Positions 39,659-49,656 are shown, counted from the first letter of the stretch. The stretch: 64,000 nucleotides of DNA from Patescibacteria group bacterium UBA3531 (GCA_002376885.1 DFOW01000004.1:1018-65017), one strand, 5' to 3'. Notes: a model not told the origin generated them from the letters alone. Made by a program: numbers and translations.

Positions 39659-39850
39659 CTAGGGCGCCTTTCCCTTCTCCTCGGGCGGAGTCTGTTGTGC
39701 GGAGCCCAACGGCTCCACACCCTCCGGGTGATCGTCTTCGAAGGACCCCTCGCGGCGCCCGTCGAATGGGCGCGCTTGCCGGGACGGCATGGGATCTCTC
39801 GGCGGCGACTTTTCGCGAGGGCTACCGCCCCCGTTTCGAACAAAAGACAT
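39659..39850 (-). CDS. GC-rich cassette protein, 63 aa, probably disordered
   Basis: SD GGAGG; MSFVRNGGGSPREKSPPRDP...; GC-rich hairpin at about 39614-39647 downstream. Confidence 0.5.
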   Translation of the reverse strand: MSFVRNGGGSPREKSPPRDPMPSRQARPFDGRREGSFEDDHPEGVEPLGSAQQTPPEEKGKAP

Positions 39851-39922
39851 CGTCTTCTTGCCTCCGTGGGTTTTAGGGTACCCACCATTAAACACAAACT
39901 CCCTTATTTCTGCAAGGGAGTT

Positions 39923-40534
39923 TTAAACAATGTTTCCAAGGAAGCTCTTCCTGTGTATTGGGCACGGTTTGTGTTTTTTTATGAGCTTCCGATGAAGCTC
40001 GGTTCCGTAGCCTTTATGCTCCTCAAACATATAGTGCGGATAACGGAGCGCAAACCCTTCCATTTTTTTATCGCGTGATACTTTTGCCACAATTGATGCG
40101 AGAGCAATTAAAACCTCTTGTTCATCTCCACGTATGATCGTTTCTTGTTGGGTGTAAAAAGCAGGTGCCTTAAGCCCGCCGTCTAATAAAATATGAGACC
40201 TCTCTGGATGCACTCCCAGCCGGTTTAAACACCGTTTTGTTGCTTTATAAATTGCTGGATTGATCCCTTCCCTATCTATAAAGTCAGGGCCAGAGAACGC
40301 AACAGCATATGAGAGCTCTTTTTGCACATGAAGCTTATGGAGTTCCTCAAAAATTTCTCTTCTTTTTTGCCCCGAGAGTTTTTTTGAATCTTTTACTTCA
40401 CGAAAAAATGAGAGTTTGGGAGATCTGAGTGGGGCAACCACCACCCCAACTGCTACAGGCCCCGCCAAAGGACCTCTTCCGGCCTCATCAACCCCCACAA
40501 AAAAGTGGTTAATGCTTGCTATTTTTTTGCTCAT
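39923..40534 (-). CDS. rnhB: Ribonuclease HII
   Basis: GVDEAGRGPLAGPV, DSKKL, ASIVAKVSRD, HKGYGT. Confidence 0.95.
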   Translation of the reverse strand: MSKKIASINHFFVGVDEAGRGPLAGPVAVGVVVAPLRSPKLSFFREVKDSKKLSGQKRREIFEELHKLHVQKELSYAVAFSGPDFIDREGINPAIYKATKRCLNRLGVHPERSHILLDGGLKAPAFYTQQETIIRGDEQEVLIALASIVAKVSRDKKMEGFALRYPHYMFEEHKGYGTELHRKLIKKHKPCPIHRKSFLGNIV

Positions 40535-40568
40535 GCAAGCGATATTTGTTTTGCTATAATAGTCCCGT

Positions 40569-43500
40569 ATGTCATTCGTCCATCTCCATACTCACAGTCA
40601 TTATAGCCTACTCCAAGGACTCTCTAAAATTGAAGGGTTGGTAGATGCGGCAAAGAAAGACAAAATGCCGGCACTTGCACTAACGGACCATGGAAACCTT
40701 TATGGGGCCGTAAAGTTCTACAAAGCCTGCAAAAAGGCAGAAATAAAACCAATCATCGGCGCAGATATCTACATTGCCGAAAACTCGATGAAGGATACCC
40801 AACCAGGGAGCACAAATCGCACCTTTCACCTGGTATTGCTTGCAGAGACAAGCGAAGGTTACAAAAATTTGATTCGCCTTCTTACCGAGGCTCATTTAGA
40901 AGGATTTTATAATTACCCACGTGCCGACAAGGCGTTGTTAAAAAAATATAGCGAGGGACTTATTGCTCTTTCTGGTGACATTCAAGGAGAGGTCCCGCGG
41001 GCGCTATGGAACAAAGACGAAGAACGTGCAAAAGAGCTTGTGCAAGAATACAAAGCTATTTTTGGAGACAATAACTTTTTTATAGAAATCTCCCACCATC
41101 CGCACCTGGAACGCCATGACGAAATCATGGAAGGCCTGGTAAAGGTTGCAAAAGAAACAAAGACTCCCCTAGTTGCGGGGCAAGGATCGTACTACTTAAC
41201 CCCCGAAGATAAAGAAGCACACCGGACGCTCCTGGGAATTCAATCATCACATGCAACAAGTGAATCTGCCCGATTTTTTAGTGCAGAGGAAGATTACTCT
41301 TTTATCGATACAAAAACTGCCAAAGATTTATTTAAGGGTCATAAGGAAGCGATCGAGAATACCGTAAAAATTGCAGAGCGTTGCAACGCCGACATTGAGC
41401 CACCTGGTTGGGTCTTTCCTCTTGTTGAGCTTGAAGAAGGAAAGACTGCTGATGAACAGCTACGCGAGTATGCCTATAAAGGACTTGAGGACCGAGGAAT
41501 GGAAAAAACAAAAGAGGTTATTGATCGGCTTGAATACGAGCTCGACACTATTAAACAAAAAGGGTTTTCTCCTTATTTTTTGGTAGTGGCTGATCTTTTA
41601 TATTACGCACGCAAACACAATATCCTTACCACGATCCGTGGTTCGGTTGCGGGGTCTTTGGTTACGTACTTAACCAAGATTACGACCGTAGACCCCATCG
41701 AATACATGCTCCCTTTTGAACGGTTCTTGAATCCACAAAGACCAAGTGCCCCTGATATTGATATGGACTTTGCTGACGATCGTCGTGATGAAGTTATTGA
41801 ATACGCAAAAGAAAAGTATGGAGAAGACAAAGTAGCACAAATCGGAACCTTTGGAACCATGCTTGCGCGCGGTGTTGTGCGCGATACCGCCCGCGCCCTT
41901 GGTTACCCCTACGGCGCTGGGGATCGCATTGCAAAAATGATCCCATTTGGATCACAAGGATTCCCTATGACAATCGAGAAGGCACTTGATCTTGAACCCG
42001 ACCTAAAAGAAGCGTATGAAAACGATAGAGAGGTTACCGAGATTATAGACATGGCAAGAAAGATCGAAGGTAACGCACGCCACTGTAGTGTGCATGCTGC
42101 TGGTGTTGTTATGGCACCAGAGCCTCTTACCGAATATGTCCCTCTCCAACGCGAACAAAAAGGAAACAAAATCATCACCCAATACGACATGCATGATGTT
42201 GAAGAAGTTGGATTGATTAAGTTCGACTTTTTGGGAATCCGGAACCTTTCAATCTTGGCTCATGCTGTAGGAATCGTAGAAAAGACCCTAGGAGAAAAAG
42301 TAGACATTGAAAACGTTCCTCTTGATGATAAAAAAGTTTTTGAAATCCTTTCGAGAGGAGAAACCATGGGGCTCTTCCAACTAAACGGCGCAGCTATGAC
42401 ACGCTTTTTGATTGATCTAAAACCAACCACCATCCACGACATTAACGCAATGATCGCCCTGTATCGTCCTGGTCCGATGAAAAACATTCCCGACTACATT
42501 GCGCGCAAACACGGCAAACAAGCCGTTAGTTACTATCATCCAAAAATGAAAAACTTTTTGGAACGATCATATGGAATTTTGGTGTACCAAGATGACCTTC
42601 TTTCTGCTGCGCTTGAGCTTGCTGGATACACCTGGGAAACAGTAGACAAGTTCCGTAAGGCGGTTGGTAAAAAGATCCCAGAAGAAATGGCTAAACAACA
42701 TAAAATCTTCGTCGAGGGCTGTCAAAAACATTCTGGTATGAGTAAAAAAGAAGCAGAAGGTTTGTGGGATTTGTTCGAACCATTCCAAGGATACGGATTC
42801 AACAAGGCACATGCGGCAAGTTACGGAAAAGTTGCGTATCAAACGGCATACATGAAGGCCAATTATCCAAGCGAATACATGACCGCTGTTCTTACTGCCG
42901 AATCAGGAGATGTCGAGGAAATTGCTCGTATCGTTAATGAATGTAAGCGAATGGAGCTTGAAGTGTTGCCACCCGATGTAAATGAAAGCTTTGGTGGGTT
43001 TACTGTACTAAAAGATCCTGATGGAAACCCAAAAGACGACAAGATCCGTTTTGGTCTCTATACTATTAAAAATTTGGGAGAAGAGATTTCAAACGTTATT
43101 ATTTCTGAACGAAAAAAGAATGGTCCTTACAAAAGCTACCAAGATTTTTTGGAGCGTGTTCGTCATCAAAATTTAAACAAACGATCACTCGAGGCTCTTA
43201 TTAAGTCTGGCTCGCTTGATAATTTAGGAGAACGTGGGCAAATGCTTGCAAACTTAGAGTCAGTACTTGCCTACTCCCGTGATGGACTAAAACAATTAGA
43301 AGATCAAACATCCCTTTTTGGTCTTATGGAAGATGACGCGAGCTTGCCGCAGCTTCGTCTTGAAGAATCAGAACCTGCTTCGGCAGACGACAAACTTGGA
43401 TGGGAAAAGGAATTGTTAGGACTCTATCTATCGGGACACCCGCTCGATAAACACAAAAAGAGATTCGAAGGTAAAAAAACAATAAAAGATTATTTGTCGC

Positions 43501-43754
43501 TCCCGAGTGGTGTAACTGCACTTTGTGGTGGAATCATTGAAGAGGTACGAACCGTTACCACCAAAAAAGGAGAGCGAATGGCATTTGTACGTATGGCAGA
43601 TTTTGATACTGCCATTGAGGTAGTATTCTTCCCATCAAGTTATCAAAAATTTAAAGAGCACTTAGTGCCTGACATGTGCGTTGCTATAAAAGGACGCATC
43701 AGTAATCGCAATCAAGAAAAAAGCATGGTTGCAGAGGCAATCAAGCTATTGTAG
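40569..43754 (+). CDS. dnaE: DNA polymerase III alpha subunit
   Basis: PHP HLHTHSHYS, RGSVAGS, PDIDMDF, YGFNKAHA. Confidence 0.97.
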   Translation: MSFVHLHTHSHYSLLQGLSKIEGLVDAAKKDKMPALALTDHGNLYGAVKFYKACKKAEIKPIIGADIYIAENSMKDTQPGSTNRTFHLVLLAETSEGYKNLIRLLTEAHLEGFYNYPRADKALLKKYSEGLIALSGDIQGEVPRALWNKDEERAKELVQEYKAIFGDNNFFIEISHHPHLERHDEIMEGLVKVAKETKTPLVAGQGSYYLTPEDKEAHRTLLGIQSSHATSESARFFSAEEDYSFIDTKTAKDLFKGHKEAIENTVKIAERCNADIEPPGWVFPLVELEEGKTADEQLREYAYKGLEDRGMEKTKEVIDRLEYELDTIKQKGFSPYFLVVADLLYYARKHNILTTIRGSVAGSLVTYLTKITTVDPIEYMLPFERFLNPQRPSAPDIDMDFADDRRDEVIEYAKEKYGEDKVAQIGTFGTMLARGVVRDTARALGYPYGAGDRIAKMIPFGSQGFPMTIEKALDLEPDLKEAYENDREVTEIIDMARKIEGNARHCSVHAAGVVMAPEPLTEYVPLQREQKGNKIITQYDMHDVEEVGLIKFDFLGIRNLSILAHAVGIVEKTLGEKVDIENVPLDDKKVFEILSRGETMGLFQLNGAAMTRFLIDLKPTTIHDINAMIALYRPGPMKNIPDYIARKHGKQAVSYYHPKMKNFLERSYGILVYQDDLLSAALELAGYTWETVDKFRKAVGKKIPEEMAKQHKIFVEGCQKHSGMSKKEAEGLWDLFEPFQGYGFNKAHAASYGKVAYQTAYMKANYPSEYMTAVLTAESGDVEEIARIVNECKRMELEVLPPDVNESFGGFTVLKDPDGNPKDDKIRFGLYTIKNLGEEISNVIISERKKNGPYKSYQDFLERVRHQNLNKRSLEALIKSGSLDNLGERGQMLANLESVLAYSRDGLKQLEDQTSLFGLMEDDASLPQLRLEESEPASADDKLGWEKELLGLYLSGHPLDKHKKRFEGKKTIKDYLSLPSGVTALCGGIIEEVRTVTTKKGERMAFVRMADFDTAIEVVFFPSSYQKFKEHLVPDMCVAIKGRISNRNQEKSMVAEAIKLL

Positions 43755-43778
43755 AGTACGAACAGAGAGGAGGGCACC

Positions 43779-44009
43779 ATGCCCAAACGATCCAAGTGGG
43801 GCTCGACCTGCCAAATCCCACACTGCGGAAAGAACGAAAACCGAGACCATGTCCGGATGACATTCTTCCGGAGGGGGGCCGGCGTAGTCTTCTTGTTTCT
43901 CTGCAGATGGCATCGGGCCATGAACACTCGAGCAATCCGCGAGAAGCGCGACTTCGGTCCGTTCATGTACACCGGTCGGGATAAGAGCCCGTCGCGCCAA
44001 GCTGCGTGA
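43779..44009 (+). CDS. GC-rich cassette basic protein with putative Zn ligands
   Basis: SD GAGGAGG; CQIPHC...CRWH; inserted between dnaE and thrS. Confidence 0.55.
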   Translation: MPKRSKWGSTCQIPHCGKNENRDHVRMTFFRRGAGVVFLFLCRWHRAMNTRAIREKRDFGPFMYTGRDKSPSRQAA

Positions 44010-44041
44010 CGGGCTCCGCCCTTTTTGTTACTATGAAATTC

Positions 44042-45784
44042 ATGGAAAAAGACGCTATTTCGAAAAAACGGCACTCTCTTGCACACGTTTTGGCTATGGC
44101 AGTACTTGAAAAAGACCCTAACGCCAAGCTCGCCATTGGACCCGCAATTGATACGGGTTTTTATTATGATTTTGAACTATCTTCCCCTCTTTCTGCAGAT
44201 GATCTTCCGGCACTTGAGACCCGAATGAAGGAACTGCTAAAAGAAGGCCTATCGTTTGAGGGACGCGAAGTTTCTCCAGATGAAGCACAAGAATTATTTA
44301 AACAATCCCCTTACAAACTTGATTTAATTGAAGAATTTACGAACGAAGGAAAAACTCTAACTGCATATTCAAGTGGAGATTTTACTGACCTTTGCGCAGG
44401 TGGACACGTTGATACTACAAAAGACATTGACCCAGATTCATTTTCTCTTGATAAATTGGCTGGTGCTTACTGGAGAGGTGACGAAAACAATCAAATGCTT
44501 ACACGAATTTATGGACTCGCATTTGAAACAAAAAAAGAATTAGAAGAGTACAAAAAACAGCAAGAAGAAGCTGAAAAACGAGACCATAGAAAGCTTGGGA
44601 AAGAGTTAGACCTTTTTGCTTTCTCTCCCCTTGTTGGTCCAGGACTCCCGCTCTTTACTCCCAAGGGTTCTCTTTTACGTGACTTGTTAGATGACTTTGT
44701 ATGGGAGCTTCGGCAAAAAGACGGTTACGACCGAGTAGATATTCCTCACATTACAAAAATTGATCTTTTTAAAACAAGTGGGCACTGGGACAAGTTCGGA
44801 GATGAACTCTTTCAAGTTAAAACAAGAGAGGATCATGTCTTTGCACTCAAACCAATGAATTGCCCACACCATACGCAAATTTATGCGCGTAAAAACCATA
44901 GCTATCGAGAGCTTCCTGTTCGCTATGCAAACACCACAAAATGTTATCGCGACGAACAAACAGGAGAATTAAGCGGTCTCTCACGTGTGCGCGCCTTCAC
45001 ACAAGATGATGCCCACGTTTTTTGTAGAACCAATCAAGTAGAAGAAGAAGTTGGAAAAGTCTGGGACATTGTAACGGGATTTTACAATGGTGTTGGTTAT
45101 TCTGATCTTCAAGTAACCCTTTCAGCGCACGACCCCAACAATATGGAAAAGTATCTTGGAGACAAGGCGCTCTGGGAACAAGCTGAGGGAATCTTAGGAA
45201 AAATAATTGAAGAAAAGACTGGCAAAAAAGCAGAAAAGATAGAGGGAGAAGCAGCATTTTATGGACCAAAAATAGACTTTATTACCAAAGACTCGATTGG
45301 AAGAGAGTGGCAGATTGCAACCATTCAGCTCGACATGAATCTACCAGAACGCTTTGACTTAACCTGCACAAACGAAAAAGGAGAAAAAGAACGAATCGTT
45401 ATGATTCATGCAGCGATCATGGGATCAATTGAACGCTTCCTTTCTGTTTATATAGAACATACGGGTGGGGTGTTCCCTCTTTTCCTTTCCCCTGTTCAGG
45501 TTGCAATCCTCCCTATCGCAGACAGCCATAAAGAATATGCCGAGGAAGTTAGAAAAACACTCGAAGAAAATGGAGTCCGTGTTGAACAGAGAAGCGAAGA
45601 TGAAACGCTTGGAAAAAAGATTAGGAGCGTAAAAGAACAAAAGATTCCTTACTTTATTGTTATCGGAGACAAAGAAGTTGAAAGTAAGAGTGTAAAGCTT
45701 GAGTCTCGAAGTGGAGATGGAGAAGAAATGAATACAGAAGAACTTCTCTCAAAACTCAAAAAAGAAATAGATGACAAAGCCTAA
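44042..45784 (+). CDS. thrS: Threonine--tRNA ligase lacking the N-terminal TGS domain
   Basis: RHSLAHVLA, DLCAGGH, KPMNCPHH, GEAAFYGPKID, GSIERF. Confidence 0.96.
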   Translation: MEKDAISKKRHSLAHVLAMAVLEKDPNAKLAIGPAIDTGFYYDFELSSPLSADDLPALETRMKELLKEGLSFEGREVSPDEAQELFKQSPYKLDLIEEFTNEGKTLTAYSSGDFTDLCAGGHVDTTKDIDPDSFSLDKLAGAYWRGDENNQMLTRIYGLAFETKKELEEYKKQQEEAEKRDHRKLGKELDLFAFSPLVGPGLPLFTPKGSLLRDLLDDFVWELRQKDGYDRVDIPHITKIDLFKTSGHWDKFGDELFQVKTREDHVFALKPMNCPHHTQIYARKNHSYRELPVRYANTTKCYRDEQTGELSGLSRVRAFTQDDAHVFCRTNQVEEEVGKVWDIVTGFYNGVGYSDLQVTLSAHDPNNMEKYLGDKALWEQAEGILGKIIEEKTGKKAEKIEGEAAFYGPKIDFITKDSIGREWQIATIQLDMNLPERFDLTCTNEKGEKERIVMIHAAIMGSIERFLSVYIEHTGGVFPLFLSPVQVAILPIADSHKEYAEEVRKTLEENGVRVEQRSEDETLGKKIRSVKEQKIPYFIVIGDKEVESKSVKLESRSGDGEEMNTEELLSKLKKEIDDKA

Positions 45785-45914
45785 AGGGGTTTTCCATTCA
45801 AAAGAAGTACTACATCATTTTAGATGCAAACAATGTAATAAGTGGTGGAGTGTTGGTGATGCGCCTTCTCGTAAGAAGATATGGTACTGCCCTTGGTGTG
45901 GTGCACAACAGTAA
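45771..45914 (+). CDS. Zinc-ribbon protein, 47 aa, overlapping the thrS 3' end
   Basis: MTKPKGVFHSKEVLHHFRCKQCNKWWSVGDAPSRKKIWYCPWCGAQQ. Not in the ORF track. Confidence 0.7.
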   Translation: MTKPKGVFHSKEVLHHFRCKQCNKWWSVGDAPSRKKIWYCPWCGAQQ

Positions 45915-45983
45915 TAAATTTGGTATTGCTTGCCCGTTTTAATTCAAGAGAATTTGATTCGGGCGCATGGTGTGGGACTGAAC

Positions 45984-46114
45984 AACACTAACTTTCAAAA
46001 GATACGAAATAAAATTCCCCAGCGGGAATTTTTTTCTCACTCTCACCCTCGCTCATCCTGTAAAACAGGACACCGGCCCGCTCGGGCTCCGAGAGCTCTT
46101 TTGAAAGTTGTGTT
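45984..46114 (-). repeat. Structured intergenic repeat B3, inverted relative to B1
   Basis: Reverse complement closely matches B1, including the outer stem. Confidence 0.85.
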
Positions 46115-46117
46115 AGG

Positions 46118-46224
46118 AAATAAAAAGTTTATTAGCATCCACAGGAGATTTGCTTGGTTAAAAAATCTCCGAGGATAGAGCGAGTCTCCGCCGGAGAGAC
46201 GAGCGTCTGGTAAACTTTTTATTT
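46118..46224 (+). repeat. Structured intergenic element C2
   Basis: Outer stem AATAAAAAGTTTATTAG/CTGGTAAACTTTTTATT; CCACAG-stem-GAGGATA-stem with CGCCGGA loop. Confidence 0.7.
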
Positions 46225-46289
46225 ACACAACACACTCTCAAAACAAAAATCCCCCGGTCGGGGGACTTTTGTATAAGGAACTTGTTTGA

Positions 46290-46709
46290 TTATAGCATTA
46301 AGACAATCGCAATTGTCATGAGGACAAACGATACAAGGTAATAAAGTGCTCCAATTACCGTTATACCCTTATCTTTATCTTCGTATAAAATGCTATTAGC
46401 CATTACTGTTGCCGTAAACCCAAGCCATACAATAATTCCTAATTCAACTGCCTTACCGATTGAGTCAACTGATAGTACTGCCACAAAAAGATAGAGCACG
46501 TAAGACATTACAAGCGTAACAATCAGTCCAAGACCCATAGCCTTTTTCGCATCTGCGTCAAATTTCCCCGAAACAGGCTTTCCTATTCGCGCCATGTAAT
46601 CCATCCATTTTTTTCCAAAAAGTGGTCCGTACCAAAGCATACCAACAATGGTTCCGACAATGGTGGCTACAATAATCGCTGTGTAATCAACTGAAACTAC
46701 AAAAAGCAT
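46290..46709 (-). CDS. DUF1761 membrane protein
   Basis: GMLWYGPLFGKKW...WLGF. Confidence 0.85.
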   Translation of the reverse strand: MLFVVSVDYTAIIVATIVGTIVGMLWYGPLFGKKWMDYMARIGKPVSGKFDADAKKAMGLGLIVTLVMSYVLYLFVAVLSVDSIGKAVELGIIVWLGFTATVMANSILYEDKDKGITVIGALYYLVSFVLMTIAIVLML

Positions 46710-46741
46710 ACTGTTTTATTTTTCTATTGTTCAAATTCGAC

Positions 46742-47506
46742 CTATAAATAGTCTAGCAAGAATTCATCAAAGAAATCGAAATTCTCGTAACCAAACTGGA
46801 TTAAAACTCCAAAATTCCCTTGAAATAAAAGGATTCCAAGGAAGATAAGGAAAATCCCTCCAATCACCTCAATCCACCTTAAATACTTGGCCATTGCCTG
46901 GATATAAGTAGTTGCTCGAGCATAAAAAAGAGCAATCCAAAGAAACGGAATGGCAAGCCCAAGAGAAAATACTCCCAGTAAAAATGCGCCCTGAAGAACA
47001 GTGTTTGATTGTGTTGCAAGGGCCAAGATTCCTGCCAAAATAGGACCAACGCACGGTGTCCATCCAACTGCAAACGAGCTCCCGATAACAAACGAACTTG
47101 ATGGCTTTCCTACTGTTAAAAAGCTTGGCATCTTCATTCGTCGTTCGGTTTGCAAAAACGGCAACTTAAATACCCCGAGCATAAACAAACCAAAAGCAAT
47201 TACGAGGATTCCTCCAATACGTCTCATCCATAATTGAAAGTCTGCAAACTGTGCGCCTAAAAATCCTGCAAACGTACCAAATAAAATAAACACAAGAGAA
47301 AACCCAACGATAAAGAAGAGTCCGTTTAAAAAGATTTTTCGGCGAGCGGCTTTTGCCGTTTCCGGATTCTCTAAATCCTTTGTAGAGACACCACTAATAA
47401 ACCCTAAGTAGCCCGGAACAATCGGCAACGTGCACGGTGCCAAAAACATTAAGAGCCCTGCAAAAAATGCTGATCCAATGGCGATTCCTCCTATTTCTAA
47501 AATCAT
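46742..47506 (-). CDS. ccdA: CcdA/DsbD-type transmembrane electron transporter
   Basis: FLAPCTLPIVPGY and GWTPCVGPIL. Confidence 0.92.
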   Translation of the reverse strand: MILEIGGIAIGSAFFAGLLMFLAPCTLPIVPGYLGFISGVSTKDLENPETAKAARRKIFLNGLFFIVGFSLVFILFGTFAGFLGAQFADFQLWMRRIGGILVIAFGLFMLGVFKLPFLQTERRMKMPSFLTVGKPSSSFVIGSSFAVGWTPCVGPILAGILALATQSNTVLQGAFLLGVFSLGLAIPFLWIALFYARATTYIQAMAKYLRWIEVIGGIFLIFLGILLFQGNFGVLIQFGYENFDFFDEFLLDYL

Positions 47507-47507
47507 A

Positions 47508-48053
47508 TTAGTATTGCGCTAACACTTCTTGGGTCTTTTCTCGCATTTCGCTAAGTGGCATAAACCCTCGCTTATGAATAACAATTTCCCCTTCTTTATT
47601 CACATATATTGTCTCTGGCATAGAGAATCCTCCGATGCTTCGGTAAAATGAATCTTCTGGGTCAAGCAAAAAGAGCATTCCATCTGCGATCCCCCTATCT
47701 TCAACATAGCTTTTTGACTCTTCAAGCGACTCTTTTCTATTGACTGCAATCACTTGTATATCATCACCAAACTCTTCTTGAAGCTCCGCAAAATCAGGAA
47801 GCTCGGTTACGCAAAACGGACACCATGTTGCCCAAGAATTTATAATCAAAACCTCTCCTTGAAAATCACTAAACGAATGTGTATTTCCGTTATGGTCTTC
47901 TAATGTCAAATCCGGCAAAGGAAAAAGTCCTCCATTATTAAGAGCAACTTCCTCGCTTCCACTTAAACTAAAGTAACCAAGTGCAGCGAGTATCCCAATT
48001 ACTAAAACAATTATTGATCCTGGTACTAAGTATGTTTGTGTGCCTTGTGCCAT
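47508..48053 (-). CDS. TlpA-family disulfide reductase
   Basis: N-terminal TM; NSWATWCPFCVTELP. Confidence 0.9.
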   Translation of the reverse strand: MAQGTQTYLVPGSIIVLVIGILAALGYFSLSGSEEVALNNGGLFPLPDLTLEDHNGNTHSFSDFQGEVLIINSWATWCPFCVTELPDFAELQEEFGDDIQVIAVNRKESLEESKSYVEDRGIADGMLFLLDPEDSFYRSIGGFSMPETIYVNKEGEIVIHKRGFMPLSEMREKTQEVLAQY

Positions 48054-48064
48054 ATTTCTATCTG

Positions 48065-49159
48065 TTACTTATATACTTCAGTATTTGGGTGGACCGATAC
48101 CCATGAGAACCAAAAGCCATCGAGGTGCGGAATAAGAGTTCCGTCTTGATCAATAATAGTGACAACACCTGACTGGTTTTTGGTAATAGTAAGAGTGTTA
48201 CCTGCAAAGGTGTCTGTGATTGTTCCAACAGGAAGCGCTCTTTCTAAATAAGCTTTAGTTTGCTCATCAATTTCAATACCCAATACAAAGTCCTTTTCAA
48301 ACAACCTATCGTCTTGGTTGGTAACTGGGAAGAAGAGTCCTTCGGTTGTGTAGTAGTCGCCGTAGGGGTCACGTCCGTAGGAACGTGTATACCCCGTGTC
48401 TTGCGAGAGAACTTTTGTATTAGGATGTGCCTTTTTCCAATCTTCCCAACGAACCGTATCTGCCGGCAACAAATTGAGGCGTGCGCCAGTTTCTACACCA
48501 AGCACTGCTTCTCCTAACACTTGGGACCAAAGACTTTCGTCATCCTCATTTGCAGCACGGTTATACATTAAAAGATTTGATTGCCATAGCCTTCCCGACA
48601 CACCAAATTCTTGCGGTTCTCCATTTACTCGGCGATCAAACACTACGCCTGTACCACACAATGGACAGTACGTTACAAGTACTGGCTCACCCCCGATAGT
48701 ATCGTTTACAATTTCATGCCACACCAAAATTTGATACGGGTAAAATCGTGCTTCTCCGTCTATAACAAGCCCAAGTCCTACATCAGTCTGATCATTCAAA
48801 AAATCATCACCGTCTTTTCTTGAAACAAACTTTGGGTCATCAATTGCGGGGATTCCGTCTTTTGGTGGTCCGCCGCTTTCAATCTCACCAAGCGGGATTG
48901 AGTGCTTAACACCGTCAGTTACAAACACTTCGCGATTTGATTCTGATCGTTTTTGTGTATCTTTTACTTCATTCTTGGTTGTTCCATTAGCTTCAGAACC
49001 CTCTCCCACTTCTCCTTCTATCTGCTCCATCATTTCAGTTTCCTCTCCTAGAGGGACTGTTTCGCCACTCGGAATAGGAAAGCTATTTTGGTGCCTCAAA
49101 ATTAGAAACGCCCCAAGAGCGATAAGAATAATCCAAACAATGGCATTTTTTATATCCAT
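48065..49159 (-). CDS. DUF3179 domain protein
   Basis: GGPPKDGIPAIDDP, WHEIVND, TYCPLCGTG, FWFSW..HP. Confidence 0.88.
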   Translation of the reverse strand: MDIKNAIVWIILIALGAFLILRHQNSFPIPSGETVPLGEETEMMEQIEGEVGEGSEANGTTKNEVKDTQKRSESNREVFVTDGVKHSIPLGEIESGGPPKDGIPAIDDPKFVSRKDGDDFLNDQTDVGLGLVIDGEARFYPYQILVWHEIVNDTIGGEPVLVTYCPLCGTGVVFDRRVNGEPQEFGVSGRLWQSNLLMYNRAANEDDESLWSQVLGEAVLGVETGARLNLLPADTVRWEDWKKAHPNTKVLSQDTGYTRSYGRDPYGDYYTTEGLFFPVTNQDDRLFEKDFVLGIEIDEQTKAYLERALPVGTITDTFAGNTLTITKNQSGVVTIIDQDGTLIPHLDGFWFSWVSVHPNTEVYK

Positions 49160-49362
49160 CCCATTAGAAATTTACACTAATAAAATTAAAAAATAATATC
49201 CCTGAAAGAGCTCTCGAGTCCGAGCGGGCATGGTTTTTGCGGAAGCAAAAGAGCGAGGACGAGAGCGAGAGCCAAAACCATCGCTGGTTGTTTTGAGCTC
49301 GTGTCTTTCGGGGATATTATTTTTATTATATGTGTGCGTTAACATGGTGAATTTCTAACGGG
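49160..49362 (-). repeat. Inverted-repeat element A4 abutting the DUF3179 start codon; contains nested B4
   Basis: CCCATTAGAAATT...AATTTCTAACGGG. Confidence 0.8.
49188..49325 (+). repeat. Structured repeat B4, a diverged copy nested inside A4
   Basis: AATAATATCCCTGAAAGA/TCTTTCGGGGATATTATT outer stem; core GAGCTCTCGAGTCCGAGCGGGC...GAGCGAGGACGAGAGCGAG. Confidence 0.8.
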
Positions 49363-49370
49363 ACAAGTAC

Positions 49371-49655
49371 CTACACATTTAAGAGTTTTAATATTTGCAA
49401 AAGTTTATGCGCCTCTTTGCTGTTGGTAATTTGGTAACACATCATTTGCCCACGACGAAAGCACTCAACCACACCTCGCCCTTCAAGCTTCGCTAATTGA
49501 TGAGAGGTGGCAGAGTGTGTTGCCCCAATAGCGTGCGCAATTTCGTTCACACACACTTCTCTATCTTCTTTTATTAAGTACGAAAGAATCTTAACCCGAG
49601 TTGGATCAGAAATAAGTTTTATAGTGTCTGTTGCCTCAAGAATCGCTCGTGTCAT
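49371..49655 (-). CDS. ArsR/SmtB family regulator
   Basis: SDPTRVKIL, CVNEIA, SATSHQLAKL, RRGQ..Y. Confidence 0.9.
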   Translation of the reverse strand: MTRAILEATDTIKLISDPTRVKILSYLIKEDREVCVNEIAHAIGATHSATSHQLAKLEGRGVVECFRRGQMMCYQITNSKEAHKLLQILKLLNV

Positions 49656-49656
49656 A

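Noticed and set aside
23014-43754. Inteins or introns in rpoC, rpoB or dnaE
   Set aside because: Lengths are normal or compact, motifs are colinear, and no intein termini were seen.
19765-49325. Family B/C repeats as integron attC sites
   Set aside because: No RYYYAAC/GTTRRRY ends evident, no tandem cassette array and no integron integrase in the window.
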